Source: a virus
Taxonomy: Duplodnaviria > Caudoviricetes
Length of the DNA stretch: 64,000 nucleotides
IMG/VR virus record: IMGVR_UViG_3300031998_000057
Coordinates: 8,532 to 72,531 of that record
Direction: 5' to 3' (one strand)
The notes beneath the pieces were generated by a model. It made no database searches. It worked only from the letters and a program-made list of their open reading frames with translations, and had not been told where the DNA came from. The position numbers and the translations under genes were made by a program. How positions within the stretch are numbered: the stretch's first letter is position 1; each line of letters opens with the position of its first letter. Below, piece after piece: positions 37,529 through 47,642 of the stretch.

Positions 37529-38226
37529 ACAAGCACCACCTTCGGCGGGTTTTTCCGCACGGTCTTCGTGTAGGCGCAGACCTGTTCATAGTCCCGCAGG
37601 GCGTCGTAAAACGCGATCCTTGTGCGTCCGAGCGCCTGCGAGGTCTTTTCCGTATAGTTTGCCTCGTTCACGGTGGTAAACGAGGAGTCGTGGATTTTCG
37701 GCTGTCTGTTGATCCAAGTTCCGTAGAAGCGCTCCTCCCACACGAGCGCGACGGCAAGCGCAAAGAGCCGCATCTGACTTTCGCTCAGATCGGCAAAGCT
37801 GCCGTCTGTGTAGAAGTCGAGCTGATAGCTGATGCCCGCCTGCGTCTGCACGGGGAAGATCACGATCCCCGCTTCCGCGTCGTATTCGACGGCGTAAGGC
37901 GTCTGCAATACGCGCCCGTCGTCCAGCACTTCAACGCTCACGCAGGAGCAGATGTCGAAGCCCGTCTGCTCCGTGGCGACCGCGGTTTCCACTACGGTGC
38001 TTTCCGCCGTGCTCGTCCAGTAAAATTCGCCGAAGGATGGGTCTTCCTTCTCGCTGAGAAGATAGTCCAAAAGTTCCGGCGGCTTATTCAGCATCGGAAC
38101 GGCAGAGGAGACGAAAAGCGCCATCCGTCGGTAATAGAGCGCCGGAGAAACGCTCAGCTCCTCCGTCAGCCGCAGATCGTCGATCCAGACCATCGCGGCG
38201 GAGCAGATATCAGCCCACGTTGTCAT
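37525..38226 (-). CDS. head-tail adaptor protein
   Basis: Position after the capsid genes. Confidence 0.55.
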   Translation of the reverse strand: MTTWADICSAAMVWIDDLRLTEELSVSPALYYRRMALFVSSAVPMLNKPPELLDYLLSEKEDPSFGEFYWTSTAESTVVETAVATEQTGFDICSCVSVEVLDDGRVLQTPYAVEYDAEAGIVIFPVQTQAGISYQLDFYTDGSFADLSESQMRLFALAVALVWEERFYGTWINRQPKIHDSSFTTVNEANYTEKTSQALGRTRIAFYDALRDYEQVCAYTKTVRKNPPKVVLV

Positions 38227-38257
38227 CTTTTCGCCTCCCTGAAATCCGAAAGCCTGT

Positions 38258-38974
38258 TTACTTCTTCTTGCGCCTCCTGTCGGCCTCGTTCATGGCCTCC
38301 AGGATGGCGTCAAAGTCCCCGTTCTCGCTCCCCAGCTCAATGCTGATGTCGTTGAGCCTCGTCACAACGTCGCGCCTGACGTGCGGGTTCTTGGCGATAA
38401 ACGCCTCATAATAGCGCTTCGCCACCATTTCCCGATGTCCGGGGCAGAGCTTCGGGTAGATGTCGATGATCTTGTCCTCAAGTTCGACCATCTTGGCGAA
38501 GGCCATCTTGTCCAGCAGCTCGCCGTCCTTGTAGGCCACGCCGTAGATCTCGCGCTCCTCATCCGTCATGCCGTCCACGACGATGATCCAACGCCTTCGC
38601 ATCCACTCGCGGAATTGTCCGTCCATCACGCGGGAAAGCTCCGTCTTCGGGATCACGAACTCGCCGTATTTCCCGATGATCGGCGCATAGCCGCTCGACG
38701 CGCCGCCGATGGAGAGCCGGTTGTCGGGGGCGACCTCCGCCTGCCACAGAAAATGCACCTTCTCAACGTCCGCTGAGATTTGGACGACCTGCGGGGCTGC
38801 CTTCTGCGCCGCCAGCGCTTCCGCCACGGCCTGCGCCACCATCGCCCGAACTTCTTCCTCGTTGAACGTCTTCGCGGCGGTATCGGCTGCCACGGGGCGT
38901 TCTGCCGCCGCTTCCGGCGCGGTCTCCGCCTTTTTCGGCCTTCCGCCGCCCGTCTTTTTCTTCGTCTCAGCCAT
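38258..38974 (-). CDS. hypothetical head-region protein
   Basis: 238 aa; RBS AAAGGAG. Confidence 0.7.
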   Translation of the reverse strand: MAETKKKTGGGRPKKAETAPEAAAERPVAADTAAKTFNEEEVRAMVAQAVAEALAAQKAAPQVVQISADVEKVHFLWQAEVAPDNRLSIGGASSGYAPIIGKYGEFVIPKTELSRVMDGQFREWMRRRWIIVVDGMTDEEREIYGVAYKDGELLDKMAFAKMVELEDKIIDIYPKLCPGHREMVAKRYYEAFIAKNPHVRRDVVTRLNDISIELGSENGDFDAILEAMNEADRRRKKK

Positions 38975-39126
38975 TTCAAAAACTCCTTTCGGTTCTTCTG
39001 ACTATCGACTATTGACTTTCGACTATATAAACCCGCCCGCCGGTGCTGCCCCGGCGCTCACGGCCTGCCCGCGGGATGCTGGGGCGGCGGAAAGCCGCCC
39101 CTTTTGCGCTGATGCGCGGGATTTGC

Positions 39127-40365
39127 TCAGATATTGATGAGACCCACCTTGCTGGAAAATACCGCCACCGCGTCCGTTGCAAACGTGATGTTGTAGACCA
39201 GCTCCAGGGAAGCGACCTCCGAAGGCGTCCACTCCAGGGTAATGGGGGTGTCCTCGTTGAAAGCGATCACGAGCGGCTTTCTGCCGTTGCCGGAGAGCAT
39301 CCAGATCTTGGTCGGGTCGAGGATGGTCTCGACGGAGCCGTACTGTGTGCCGGGAACGATGGCGTCAACAAGCGGCATGAGCATGACGCCCATGTACTGA
39401 CCGAGATAGCCCTGACGGGTGAAGTCCGCGCCCAGCATGGTCGCAATGGCCGCGTCCATGTTCACGTTGGTCGAGCCGGTCACGTCGGTGGGGAGCACCT
39501 TGGAGAGCGCCACGGCGTTGCCGAAAGCGTAGATGTTGCCCCAGAAGGTGTTCTGCACGGCGGAGAGCTTGGTTGCCAGCGTGACCCAGTTGGTCTGATC
39601 GAAGGTGTAGGTCAGGCCGGAGGGGATCTTCGTGGTGTCGGAGGCAGCCGCGTTCATCATCTTCGACCACATACCCATGACGTAGGCGTACATACCGGCG
39701 GCAACGTTGGCATAGTATCTGCCGAAATCGGTGTCGTTGCCGACTACCTGGGTCCATTTGGCACGAATCTCAGCCGTTTTCGGCGTCGGGTTGAGGGTGT
39801 AGTCCTTCGTATAGAAGCGGTTGGCGGGAACGCTGCGGGACGCCCCCCATGCCGAATCCTGGAATACGACAATCTCCGAGCTTTCCACGGTGATGGCCTT
39901 GGTCTCGCCGAAGCCCACGTTCTCCATGTCGGCAAAGACGCTTACGGCCTCGCTGAAGACGCGGGGCAGGATGGGGTTGATAACGTCCTGATCGATGCCC
40001 TGGAGGACACGGTGGAAGATCGGGTCGCTGCGGAAGTTCTGCTGCATGGCGCGGAACTCCTCGTCGGTTTCGGGAGCGCATCTGCCGGTCACTTCGCAGG
40101 CTTTCTTCGCGGCGTACATACGGCGGGCGCGGAGGAACCGGCGGTTCATCTCCGTATACTCGTCGGCGGTCATGCGGGGCTTCACTTCGGGGTTGACGCT
40201 CTTGGCGGCGAGCCGGACGGCGTTCTGTCCGCGGGCGGTGAAGTCATAGAAGAGGCTGCGGCCAGCCGCCACGATGCGGGCGCGGTCAAGGCTGCGATCC
40301 TGGTCTTTATCGGCGCACACCCGGAAAACGTCGGGGTTCAGGGTGCAGAGGGTCAGATTAGCCAT
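39127..40365 (-). CDS. major capsid protein
   Basis: 412 aa, strongly biased codons, downstream of the protease/scaffold gene, followed by a terminator. Confidence 0.8.
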   Translation of the reverse strand: MANLTLCTLNPDVFRVCADKDQDRSLDRARIVAAGRSLFYDFTARGQNAVRLAAKSVNPEVKPRMTADEYTEMNRRFLRARRMYAAKKACEVTGRCAPETDEEFRAMQQNFRSDPIFHRVLQGIDQDVINPILPRVFSEAVSVFADMENVGFGETKAITVESSEIVVFQDSAWGASRSVPANRFYTKDYTLNPTPKTAEIRAKWTQVVGNDTDFGRYYANVAAGMYAYVMGMWSKMMNAAASDTTKIPSGLTYTFDQTNWVTLATKLSAVQNTFWGNIYAFGNAVALSKVLPTDVTGSTNVNMDAAIATMLGADFTRQGYLGQYMGVMLMPLVDAIVPGTQYGSVETILDPTKIWMLSGNGRKPLVIAFNEDTPITLEWTPSEVASLELVYNITFATDAVAVFSSKVGLINI

Positions 40366-40392
40366 TGTCTTTCACTCCTTTCTTTTCGCGGG

Positions 40393-40992
40393 TCAGGCCG
40401 TGACCTTGTGGCCGATCACGTCCACATAGTCGTAGGCCGCGCCGTTTCCGGCGACGAAAGTGCCGGTCACGTGCAGCTCAAAGTACACGCTTCCTGCGGT
40501 TGCGGGAGCGGAAGCTGCGGGAACGAGCAGGCCGTCGTCGATGGTGAAATAGGTATTGGTGCTGAGACTGGCGCTCAGATTGCCGATGCCGAAGCGGTAG
40601 ATGCTCTGACCGTCGAAATCGACGCGGCAGAAATTGCCGAAGCGTCCGGCGGGGATGCCGAGGCCGAGGGTTTCCGTGCCGACGGCGTAGACGTTGCCGT
40701 TCGGGGCAGTGATAAGCGGCCAGTCGTGCGGGTCGCAGGCATAGATCACATCGTCAGCCGTCACGCTGTCGGGGGCGGCCTCGAAGTACCAGGTGTTCTC
40801 GTTGTACACGCGGGTCCCGTTGGGATCGTCGAACGCCTGATTGGGGATCAGCCCCCTTCTCACGCAGAGGATACCGGCGGAGCAGTCAGCCGCGGCGCCG
40901 AGGACCTGATACTGACCGGCTACGTTGGCCCGCTGATCGTACATATGGTTGGTAAGCCGCGCCTCAAACGCGGTATTTGCGATAAAAGCCAT
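40393..40992 (-). CDS. head decoration/structural protein
   Basis: Located between scaffold and capsid genes. Confidence 0.55.
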   Translation of the reverse strand: MAFIANTAFEARLTNHMYDQRANVAGQYQVLGAAADCSAGILCVRRGLIPNQAFDDPNGTRVYNENTWYFEAAPDSVTADDVIYACDPHDWPLITAPNGNVYAVGTETLGLGIPAGRFGNFCRVDFDGQSIYRFGIGNLSASLSTNTYFTIDDGLLVPAASAPATAGSVYFELHVTGTFVAGNGAAYDYVDVIGHKVTA

Positions 40993-41015
40993 TGTTTTTC
41001 ACTCCTTTTCCGTTA

Positions 41016-42413
41016 TTACAGGGAGGCGAGCAGGGCGGCGGGGGAACCGTCGTCCGCGCCGTTTCCTTCGCTCAGACGCGCCCACACGAACTGCGTCTTG
41101 CCGTTCTGCTTGGCGTCCAGCTTCATCTGCTCGTCGGCGCAGAGGGCTTTTACGTCCTTCTCCACGGCGGCAAGGCCGATCCAGTTGCCGTCTGCGTCCA
41201 TAGCGGCGTTGTAAGCGCCGCTCTCGGCGTTGGCAACCACGGCGGAGATCACGCTGTCCGCGACCTTCTCACTGCGGTTGGCGTTGTAGGCGGCAAGGAT
41301 GCTGCGGGCGTGCTCGGCGGCGGCGGTCTTCCGGCGCTTGGTCTCGAACTCGCGCATGGCGTTGAGCTGGTTCTTCGTCTCCTCAAGCTCGGAGGACAGG
41401 CGGGTGTTTTCGGCACAGAGCGCGTCCTTCTCGCAGTTGGCGGAGGAAACTTCTTCGCAGATCACGTCCCCGGCCTCGGCGCACATCTCTTCATCGCCCT
41501 CGGCGGCCTCCATGCGGATGGTCGCGGAGCAGGCCGTGAACTTTTCGGGATATACGTTCTCTTCGCCGACGCCCATCTCGTAGGAGCAGAACGTGAAGTC
41601 GCTCTTGCGCATGAGCATCACACGGGTCACGCCGTCCTTGCGGGAAGCGGCCAGCACCCGGTAATCACCGCCGACCTTTTCCTGAAGCTCCTTGAGCTGT
41701 GCCTTGGAAAAAATCATGGTTTTTTCAACTCCTTTTTTCGTTGAATCGTTTTGCGGCTTGTTATGGCTGTCGTTGTTCAGATAGGAAGCGGCTCTCAATT
41801 TCAATTCATTCAGCTCGCTTCCGATCTCTGTAAGCATCGCAATGTGCGCGTCCGCCACTGCGGGCGCAGCGCCGTGTCCGAGGATCGTTACTCCGAGAGG
41901 TTCATACGACTCCTCAACTTCCACGCCGTCTTCCATGCGGCTTTTTGTGACAAGCGCTTCTATGCTCACGCTCATGCTGCGCCCCTGTCGCGCATCATCA
42001 GCGATTTGCAAGCAGAGTTCGTGCGAATACCACGCCCACAGGAACCCGCTCCCCACTGTCCAAAGAGCGCCGTCCCTTTCTTCAAGGCGAATATCGCTTT
42101 CTTTATCGCTCAACGCGCCGCAAATCCGCTCTGCGGTCGCGTCTGTAAAGGACTGATACTCTTTTCCGTTCCTGTCGATCCGCGTCGCCTGATTGTGACC
42201 GTCTCCGGGCGTTCTGCCGCCGTTGACGTAAGCAACCAGAATAGGCTTTCCTGCCCACTTTGCCCTGTGCTGTTCAAGATTGACGAACTGCCAGTTGTTG
42301 CGGTTCACCTTATCGTTCAGAAGCCAAAGCTCCACGGGAAAGATGAAATCGTTGTCGCTTTGCAGGACTTTCAGTTCTCCCTGTATGCTTCTGTATTCCG
42401 GCACGTTGCTCAC
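41016..42413 (-). CDS. prohead protease/scaffold protein
   Basis: N-terminal LLNDKVNRNNWQF..SMSVSIEA..GVTILG..PAVADA; coiled-coil C-terminus. Confidence 0.7.
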   Translation of the reverse strand: MSNVPEYRSIQGELKVLQSDNDFIFPVELWLLNDKVNRNNWQFVNLEQHRAKWAGKPILVAYVNGGRTPGDGHNQATRIDRNGKEYQSFTDATAERICGALSDKESDIRLEERDGALWTVGSGFLWAWYSHELCLQIADDARQGRSMSVSIEALVTKSRMEDGVEVEESYEPLGVTILGHGAAPAVADAHIAMLTEIGSELNELKLRAASYLNNDSHNKPQNDSTKKGVEKTMIFSKAQLKELQEKVGGDYRVLAASRKDGVTRVMLMRKSDFTFCSYEMGVGEENVYPEKFTACSATIRMEAAEGDEEMCAEAGDVICEEVSSANCEKDALCAENTRLSSELEETKNQLNAMREFETKRRKTAAAEHARSILAAYNANRSEKVADSVISAVVANAESGAYNAAMDADGNWIGLAAVEKDVKALCADEQMKLDAKQNGKTQFVWARLSEGNGADDGSPAALLASL

Positions 42414-42423
42414 TTCCTTTCCC

Positions 42424-44211
42424 CTATTGCGTCGGGCTGTCCATGTCCTGCTCCTGGCCGTCCGAGGTCACGCCCTCGCTCTTCGGTCTGCCGCCCTTCG
42501 GGGGGAGGCCGCTGTCCGCCTGTTTCGCGGAATAAGAACTGACAAGAGGGATTCTGCGGTCAAGCAATTCGCTTTCCACAACGGCGTCGCTCCATGCGAT
42601 ATCGTCCAGGATGGAACGATCCTTGAGCGCGTTGTACTCGATTGTCGCGGGCAGGATGCCGAGGGTCATATCTTCGCGCAGGCTCTTTTCCAGCTTCTCG
42701 TCGTCCGCGAGCGATCCAAACATGGCAAACCGCCATTCATAGCGGAGGTTCAGCTCGTAAATGACGACGTTCATCATGCGCTCGAAGCCGCGGTACACCG
42801 TCTGCGGCATACGGCTTTCGATTGCGAGGCTCACCTGCACGGCTCCGGCTCTTGCCTCGGACGTGGAGGGGATGATCGCCGAAAGGCCCGTTTTCGCGCC
42901 GAGGTCTTCCATGCCCCTGGAGATGATCTCCGTGGCGTTCGGCGCTTCATTCAGGCTTTCCAAGCGCATATTTTCAAACGGACCCGCGAAGAAGCCGATG
43001 CCGCCCGTATTGTTCGCCGCGAGCATCTGATACCACAGCGACTCAAAGAGAAGCCGTCCCGCGTTGGAAAGCTTGTATTGATCGGCCTCGTTGCTGTTCT
43101 GATTGTCCCAGTACGGTATGGACCCGACGAGACACGAGATCAAAGGATTTTGCAGAAGATTGAGCTGGATGTCTTGCATCTGCGAAAGCTGGATGAGGTC
43201 GATAAACATTCCGGCAAACGGGGGAATGACGTTGCGCTCCGTATCGTCCGCTTCGATGACGAATACCTTGTCCACGGGCAGCGTGACCCAATAGAACCAG
43301 CGCCCGTTTTCGGCGTAAGCCTCAACACCGTCCAGCGCCGCCGCCCTTACGCGACTGAGATCCAGCCCCGTGTGCTTCGCGTAAACGACCTTGCGCCTGT
43401 CGATCCCCAGCTTCGGAGCGGGCGTCAGAGCATCGTAAAAAGCGCCGACGTAAGGCTCCAGCAAATCGCCGAATTGCCGCCAATCCGTCCCAATCTGACA
43501 GAAATACATGAGGTTGAAGGCCACCGTGTATTTGCTCACGTTGTTGTAGCCGACGATCTTGCACCAATCGGACGGAAGCTGCTGCAAGAAAGCGTAATTC
43601 ACGCTGTTGTGCGCCTTGTCCACGCTCACGCGGGGCGTTACGAATACTTTGCCCTGCTGCAAGGCGAGGCCGCAAAGCTCATGGCACTTGTCCTTCGGGT
43701 TCACGGTCTGCCGCAGCTTCTCCACGAGCTTCCATTCGCGCCAGAAGTCGTCGCGCTTCGCGTCCTCTTTGTCCGTGAGGTTCGGCGCAACGTAGGAATG
43801 GTAGGTGAGAAGGTTCTGATACATCGTGCGGATGTGGAGCATCGGATAGGCGAAGTATTCAAGGCCCTTCTCCACAGCCCGCAGTTCGCGCTCACTGCTG
43901 TCCGGCTTCTTGATAAACTCCGCCACCTGATCCTTGGAGTAGTCGGCGGGTCTCGTCTCTATGGCCTTGACGCGGCGGTTCTGCACATAGGGATTAGGCG
44001 TGTACATATTGCCGATCCCGCCAATGCCTCCGAAGCCGCCCGCCTCATTGAAAGCGGAGAGCAGCTTTGCCGCGCTCATGTTTCCGTACTTCTGCGACAG
44101 CTCACGGAATTTGCCAAATATCTCAGGGAAAGAGCCTGCCGCGACGCTGTTGAGTTGTGCGTAGAGGTCTGTTCTTGCCATCCGCAGATTTCGCTCCTTC
44201 CCGTTTTGCAA
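42424..44211 (-). CDS. portal protein
   Basis: 595 aa, located between terminase and protease genes. Confidence 0.75.
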   Translation of the reverse strand: MQNGKERNLRMARTDLYAQLNSVAAGSFPEIFGKFRELSQKYGNMSAAKLLSAFNEAGGFGGIGGIGNMYTPNPYVQNRRVKAIETRPADYSKDQVAEFIKKPDSSERELRAVEKGLEYFAYPMLHIRTMYQNLLTYHSYVAPNLTDKEDAKRDDFWREWKLVEKLRQTVNPKDKCHELCGLALQQGKVFVTPRVSVDKAHNSVNYAFLQQLPSDWCKIVGYNNVSKYTVAFNLMYFCQIGTDWRQFGDLLEPYVGAFYDALTPAPKLGIDRRKVVYAKHTGLDLSRVRAAALDGVEAYAENGRWFYWVTLPVDKVFVIEADDTERNVIPPFAGMFIDLIQLSQMQDIQLNLLQNPLISCLVGSIPYWDNQNSNEADQYKLSNAGRLLFESLWYQMLAANNTGGIGFFAGPFENMRLESLNEAPNATEIISRGMEDLGAKTGLSAIIPSTSEARAGAVQVSLAIESRMPQTVYRGFERMMNVVIYELNLRYEWRFAMFGSLADDEKLEKSLREDMTLGILPATIEYNALKDRSILDDIAWSDAVVESELLDRRIPLVSSYSAKQADSGLPPKGGRPKSEGVTSDGQEQDMDSPTQ

Positions 44212-44261
44212 ACATAGTTTTTCAGTTTACATTTTTTGGATAGCATAAAAAAAGCGGCATT

Positions 44262-44279
44262 TTCCCAATATAATGGGAA
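44262..44279. promoter_or_regulatory. 18-bp inverted repeat TTCCCA-ATATAA-TGGGAA, copy 1 (upstream of portal)
   Basis: Identical to 48606-48623. Confidence 0.7.
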
Positions 44280-44314
44280 AAAACCGCTGTTTTTTGCGTT
44301 TTGTCCTGTTTTTT

Positions 44315-44635
44315 TCAGGCGTTTTCCTGTTTTTTCAGTTCTTCCTCAAGCGCTTTGATGCGCTCCGCAAGGTTTTTGCGTATCTCGTCCTGCCGCTTCT
44401 GCGCGTCCTCGAAAAGCAGCTCCACGTTACAGGCGGCAAGCCATTCGGTCTCGCTCCGGCTCAGACGCCAAAGGTCGTTTTCCCCGATCTCAACGCCCTT
44501 TTCAACGGGCTTATCGCTGTAGATTAGGGCGTATTTCCCGTTTGCCCGCGAAAACCGCGCTTTCCCCGCCGCCATGATGCCGTCCGAGTCCGGCTTCAGC
44601 ACATAAAGCCGCCACGTCGTCTTTTCCCCGCTCAA
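44315..44635 (-). CDS. hypothetical protein
   Basis: Start overlaps the terL stop. Confidence 0.65.
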   Translation of the reverse strand: MSGEKTTWRLYVLKPDSDGIMAAGKARFSRANGKYALIYSDKPVEKGVEIGENDLWRLSRSETEWLAACNVELLFEDAQKRQDEIRKNLAERIKALEEELKKQENA

Positions 44636-46473
44636 TAGATACGACCTCCCCTTCTTCCCGTAAGCCGTCCGCTTCCCGCGTTCGGCGCGACCACGACGCC
44701 CATCTTGCGGAAGTCCTTCAAAAGCTCTTCGTAGTCGCTACGATTGTGCCTCGGCTGCAAATTGATGCGTTCCAATAGCTGGGCAAAGCGCAGGGCGTAT
44801 TTAAGCGCGGACCAGCTATCGCGCTGAATACGCTGTGATATGCGCTTTTCGCGTATTCCCTGACCGCTCGGCTCTTCCCGCAGATTTTGTATCTGCCCGA
44901 TCAGTTCGTTCGTTTTCAGATACGGTCTTGCTATCTTGTAGTTCATCGAGTCGTCCTTGATGCGGTGGTATTTTTTGTACGCCTCAACGCCGTCGTTGGT
45001 GTTCCCCGTCAGAAGCTGCACGTTGGAATGCTCGAATTGCAGTTCTGCGTTCAGCACCATATCGCTTTCTTTGTCTGCTCCATAACTGCTTGCGCGGACC
45101 GGATATATTACCGGGATTGCACCCTGCAATTCCAGTCCCGTATAATCAAGGTGGTTGTAGCAGCAGAGCGGAACGCCCCCTCCGATGGGCTGCCCCATCA
45201 GGCTTGTGAGTACGCCGTCGCCGTAAGAGTTTGCGTCGATGACGATAAAGGTCTGGCTGTTGTCGAAGCAGAAACGGTTCCATATCCGCCGCAGCCTCTG
45301 CGCCTGTGCGATGGGCGTCGGCGTTTCGGCGGGAGACCAGTCTTCCAGCCATACAAGCTGTTTGAGATACTTGTCCCGATGGTAGTAATCGTCCTGCTTC
45401 GTGCATTTCACCACCACGCAGGCGCATTTCGCGTTGGCCTTCGCGTCGCGGTAGCTCACGTCGTAGGCGACGATATAGATCACTTCTTCGGGCTTCAGCT
45501 TATTATCCCTGTCCTTGCAGCAGTGATGTTCCTCCATGAGAAGGAGGGAGCGGCTTTCCGTCAGCACCTCGTCGCGGATGATGGGGTTCTTGTCCGAGCC
45601 GGAGTAGATGCTTTCCATCTCGCGCATCCACTGCGCCGCCGTCAGTTCGTTCCGTATGCTTTCCGCCCAGGCAACAGGGCGCATCTGCTCCAAAAGGATC
45701 ACGTCGTAGGGCACGTCGATGACGTAAGCGCTCTTCCCCCTCGCCATCATGCGTCTGTGCTCCTTGCGCGTCTCGTAGGCGTACTGCTGCCTGCGTCCGG
45801 CGGACGTGATGCTGTCCTTTCGGAAATAGTGATAGGCGGGGCTTTGCAGGCCGTTCACACGGTATTCGCCTCGCACGGCGGGAATAACGACCTTCGCGTA
45901 GTTTTCCGCGTCGAAGGGCGGCGGCTCCTCCTGCGCCGTTTCCTCCGCCGTAGCGCGGTAAACCGTAGAACCGCGCTTGTTGTCTATGCTGATTCGGCTC
46001 CCGTAGCTCGTGGAGACAACGAAGCGATCCGCGCCGTCAGACTCGACGGTATAAAGCGCCGTCAGCCCAGGATAGTTGTTTTCAAGCTGCTTGTGGATGT
46101 CGCTTGCGATCTTTGCCGTCTGTTTCAGACTTGGCCCCGCCACCGCCGTCGTTTCCCCCGGCCACATAAGCCCGTCCGTATAGCCGCCCGCCTGTCGGCA
46201 GTAGGATTTCGTCGCGCCGCGGCAGGCCGTAATGTCAACGCTGTCGTAATTGGCGTTGATCCGCAGGAAAACGCGCTGGATAAAGCTGAGATCAAAGTCC
46301 GCGCTTTCGGAGTGAAACAGATCGAGGAGGAAGTCGGGGAAAAAGCGGAAAAGGGCGATCAGATAAGGAAGCCCGTCACCAAAATTGTCATATTCCGCGT
46401 CGCGCTGGCTGCGCTTTTTTTGCCATCCGGTGTCTGCCCCCGTCCACACATAGTCCCGTCTATGAGCGCCCAT
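44632..46473 (-). CDS. terL: terminase large subunit
   Basis: Atypical Walker A ACRGATKS, Walker B-like ATAEETA, nuclease YIVAYDVS..VIDANSYGDGV..RDSWSALKYA; ATG overlaps the upstream TAA. Confidence 0.85.
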   Translation of the reverse strand: MGAHRRDYVWTGADTGWQKKRSQRDAEYDNFGDGLPYLIALFRFFPDFLLDLFHSESADFDLSFIQRVFLRINANYDSVDITACRGATKSYCRQAGGYTDGLMWPGETTAVAGPSLKQTAKIASDIHKQLENNYPGLTALYTVESDGADRFVVSTSYGSRISIDNKRGSTVYRATAEETAQEEPPPFDAENYAKVVIPAVRGEYRVNGLQSPAYHYFRKDSITSAGRRQQYAYETRKEHRRMMARGKSAYVIDVPYDVILLEQMRPVAWAESIRNELTAAQWMREMESIYSGSDKNPIIRDEVLTESRSLLLMEEHHCCKDRDNKLKPEEVIYIVAYDVSYRDAKANAKCACVVVKCTKQDDYYHRDKYLKQLVWLEDWSPAETPTPIAQAQRLRRIWNRFCFDNSQTFIVIDANSYGDGVLTSLMGQPIGGGVPLCCYNHLDYTGLELQGAIPVIYPVRASSYGADKESDMVLNAELQFEHSNVQLLTGNTNDGVEAYKKYHRIKDDSMNYKIARPYLKTNELIGQIQNLREEPSGQGIREKRISQRIQRDSWSALKYALRFAQLLERINLQPRHNRSDYEELLKDFRKMGVVVAPNAGSGRLTGRRGGRIY

Positions 46474-47642
46474 TATTCCATCACCTCTTCGGCATACCTC
46501 CAGTGAAAGCCCCCGGCAGTATAGTGGTGATTTACACAACACTTTCCAATATTACGCCGTTGGATGCCCGTTGCTTTCGCCGCCTCACTAACGCTCTCGT
46601 ATCGTTCCAATGTTTCTACATTGATAACAGCACGCGGAATCCCAGCGTTTTGTATAGGCTTGTGACTAATTCCTGTATTAACATCGGCATCTTTCAAATC
46701 AACATATTCCCATACATCGCCATGAACCGTTTTGCGTATCCCCTTGCAGACTCTTGCGATTGATGTATCGCTGTACCCGTACTTCCTCGCTGCTTCTGTT
46801 GCACTGGCAAATTCTTCTCCTGTTTTCTTGTTCCTAACAGGTTTCCGCCTTTTATACTTTTTCATCGGCACGAAAGTCCCGTATTCTTCTTCGTAACAAA
46901 AGGCATATCCACCTGACCTCCTGCGCTTACCCTCGCACGTCAGAACTATCCCTGCGGCATTTACCCCAGTATCTCTTGCTGCCTCGTTAATACTGATGTA
47001 TTTTTTGCCGGTATCTATGTTTATTACAGGTCGATATGCCCTGTTGATTTCCGGCTCAAACGATTCAGCGTCTTCCAAATAGCACCAATGATAACCGGCG
47101 GCTGTGTGAGACGGATTCCTAATCGCCAATATTATCGGTGTACACCCCGTCAGTCCCATTTGTCTTGCCGCTTCAGAAAGGCTCGGATAAATCACTCCCG
47201 TTTCATAGCAAAGAATCGGCTTTATAATTCCAACTTTCACCTTTGTTTCAAGCGCCTTTGCTATGGACTCAGGTGTTTGCTCTCTCCCCACTTTTGTGCG
47301 TTCTACTGTTGCACGGTCTCTGACTTCCTTTGGAACGTCTTTACATTTTGCTATATTCCCATACGGAAGAATGTTATACCCGTGATTTTTGTCTGTAGTC
47401 TTGTACTCCGCAATCAGAGTACGTTCTATGCTTTCTGCCTCTTCTTTTGTTAGGTCCTCGTACAGCACGATGTGTTCGATGTTATCCCAACCGTATTTGT
47501 CTATCGCCTTTTTGAATGCGGAGCAAGTCTCATATCCTCGTCCATAAGCCCACCGCTCAGACACTTTTTTGCCTGTTATTCCGAAATACCTTTTACCGCT
47601 CGGGGTCTTATGACAATAAACGGTATATTTTTTCTCGCCCAT
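46473..47642 (-). CDS. GIY-YIG homing endonuclease with four NUMOD1-like repeats
   Basis: YTVYCHKTPSGKRYFGIT..R..E..GYN; four KP(V/I)..TG..Y.S..EAAR repeats; lower GC than flanks. Confidence 0.88.
   Translation of the reverse strand: MGEKKYTVYCHKTPSGKRYFGITGKKVSERWAYGRGYETCSAFKKAIDKYGWDNIEHIVLYEDLTKEEAESIERTLIAEYKTTDKNHGYNILPYGNIAKCKDVPKEVRDRATVERTKVGREQTPESIAKALETKVKVGIIKPILCYETGVIYPSLSEAARQMGLTGCTPIILAIRNPSHTAAGYHWCYLEDAESFEPEINRAYRPVINIDTGKKYISINEAARDTGVNAAGIVLTCEGKRRRSGGYAFCYEEEYGTFVPMKKYKRRKPVRNKKTGEEFASATEAARKYGYSDTSIARVCKGIRKTVHGDVWEYVDLKDADVNTGISHKPIQNAGIPRAVINVETLERYESVSEAAKATGIQRRNIGKCCVNHHYTAGGFHWRYAEEVME

Noticed and set aside
46473-47642. Group I intron in the terminase gene
   Set aside because: The endonuclease start and stop overlap the neighbouring stop and start codons; terL is a complete ORF by itself.
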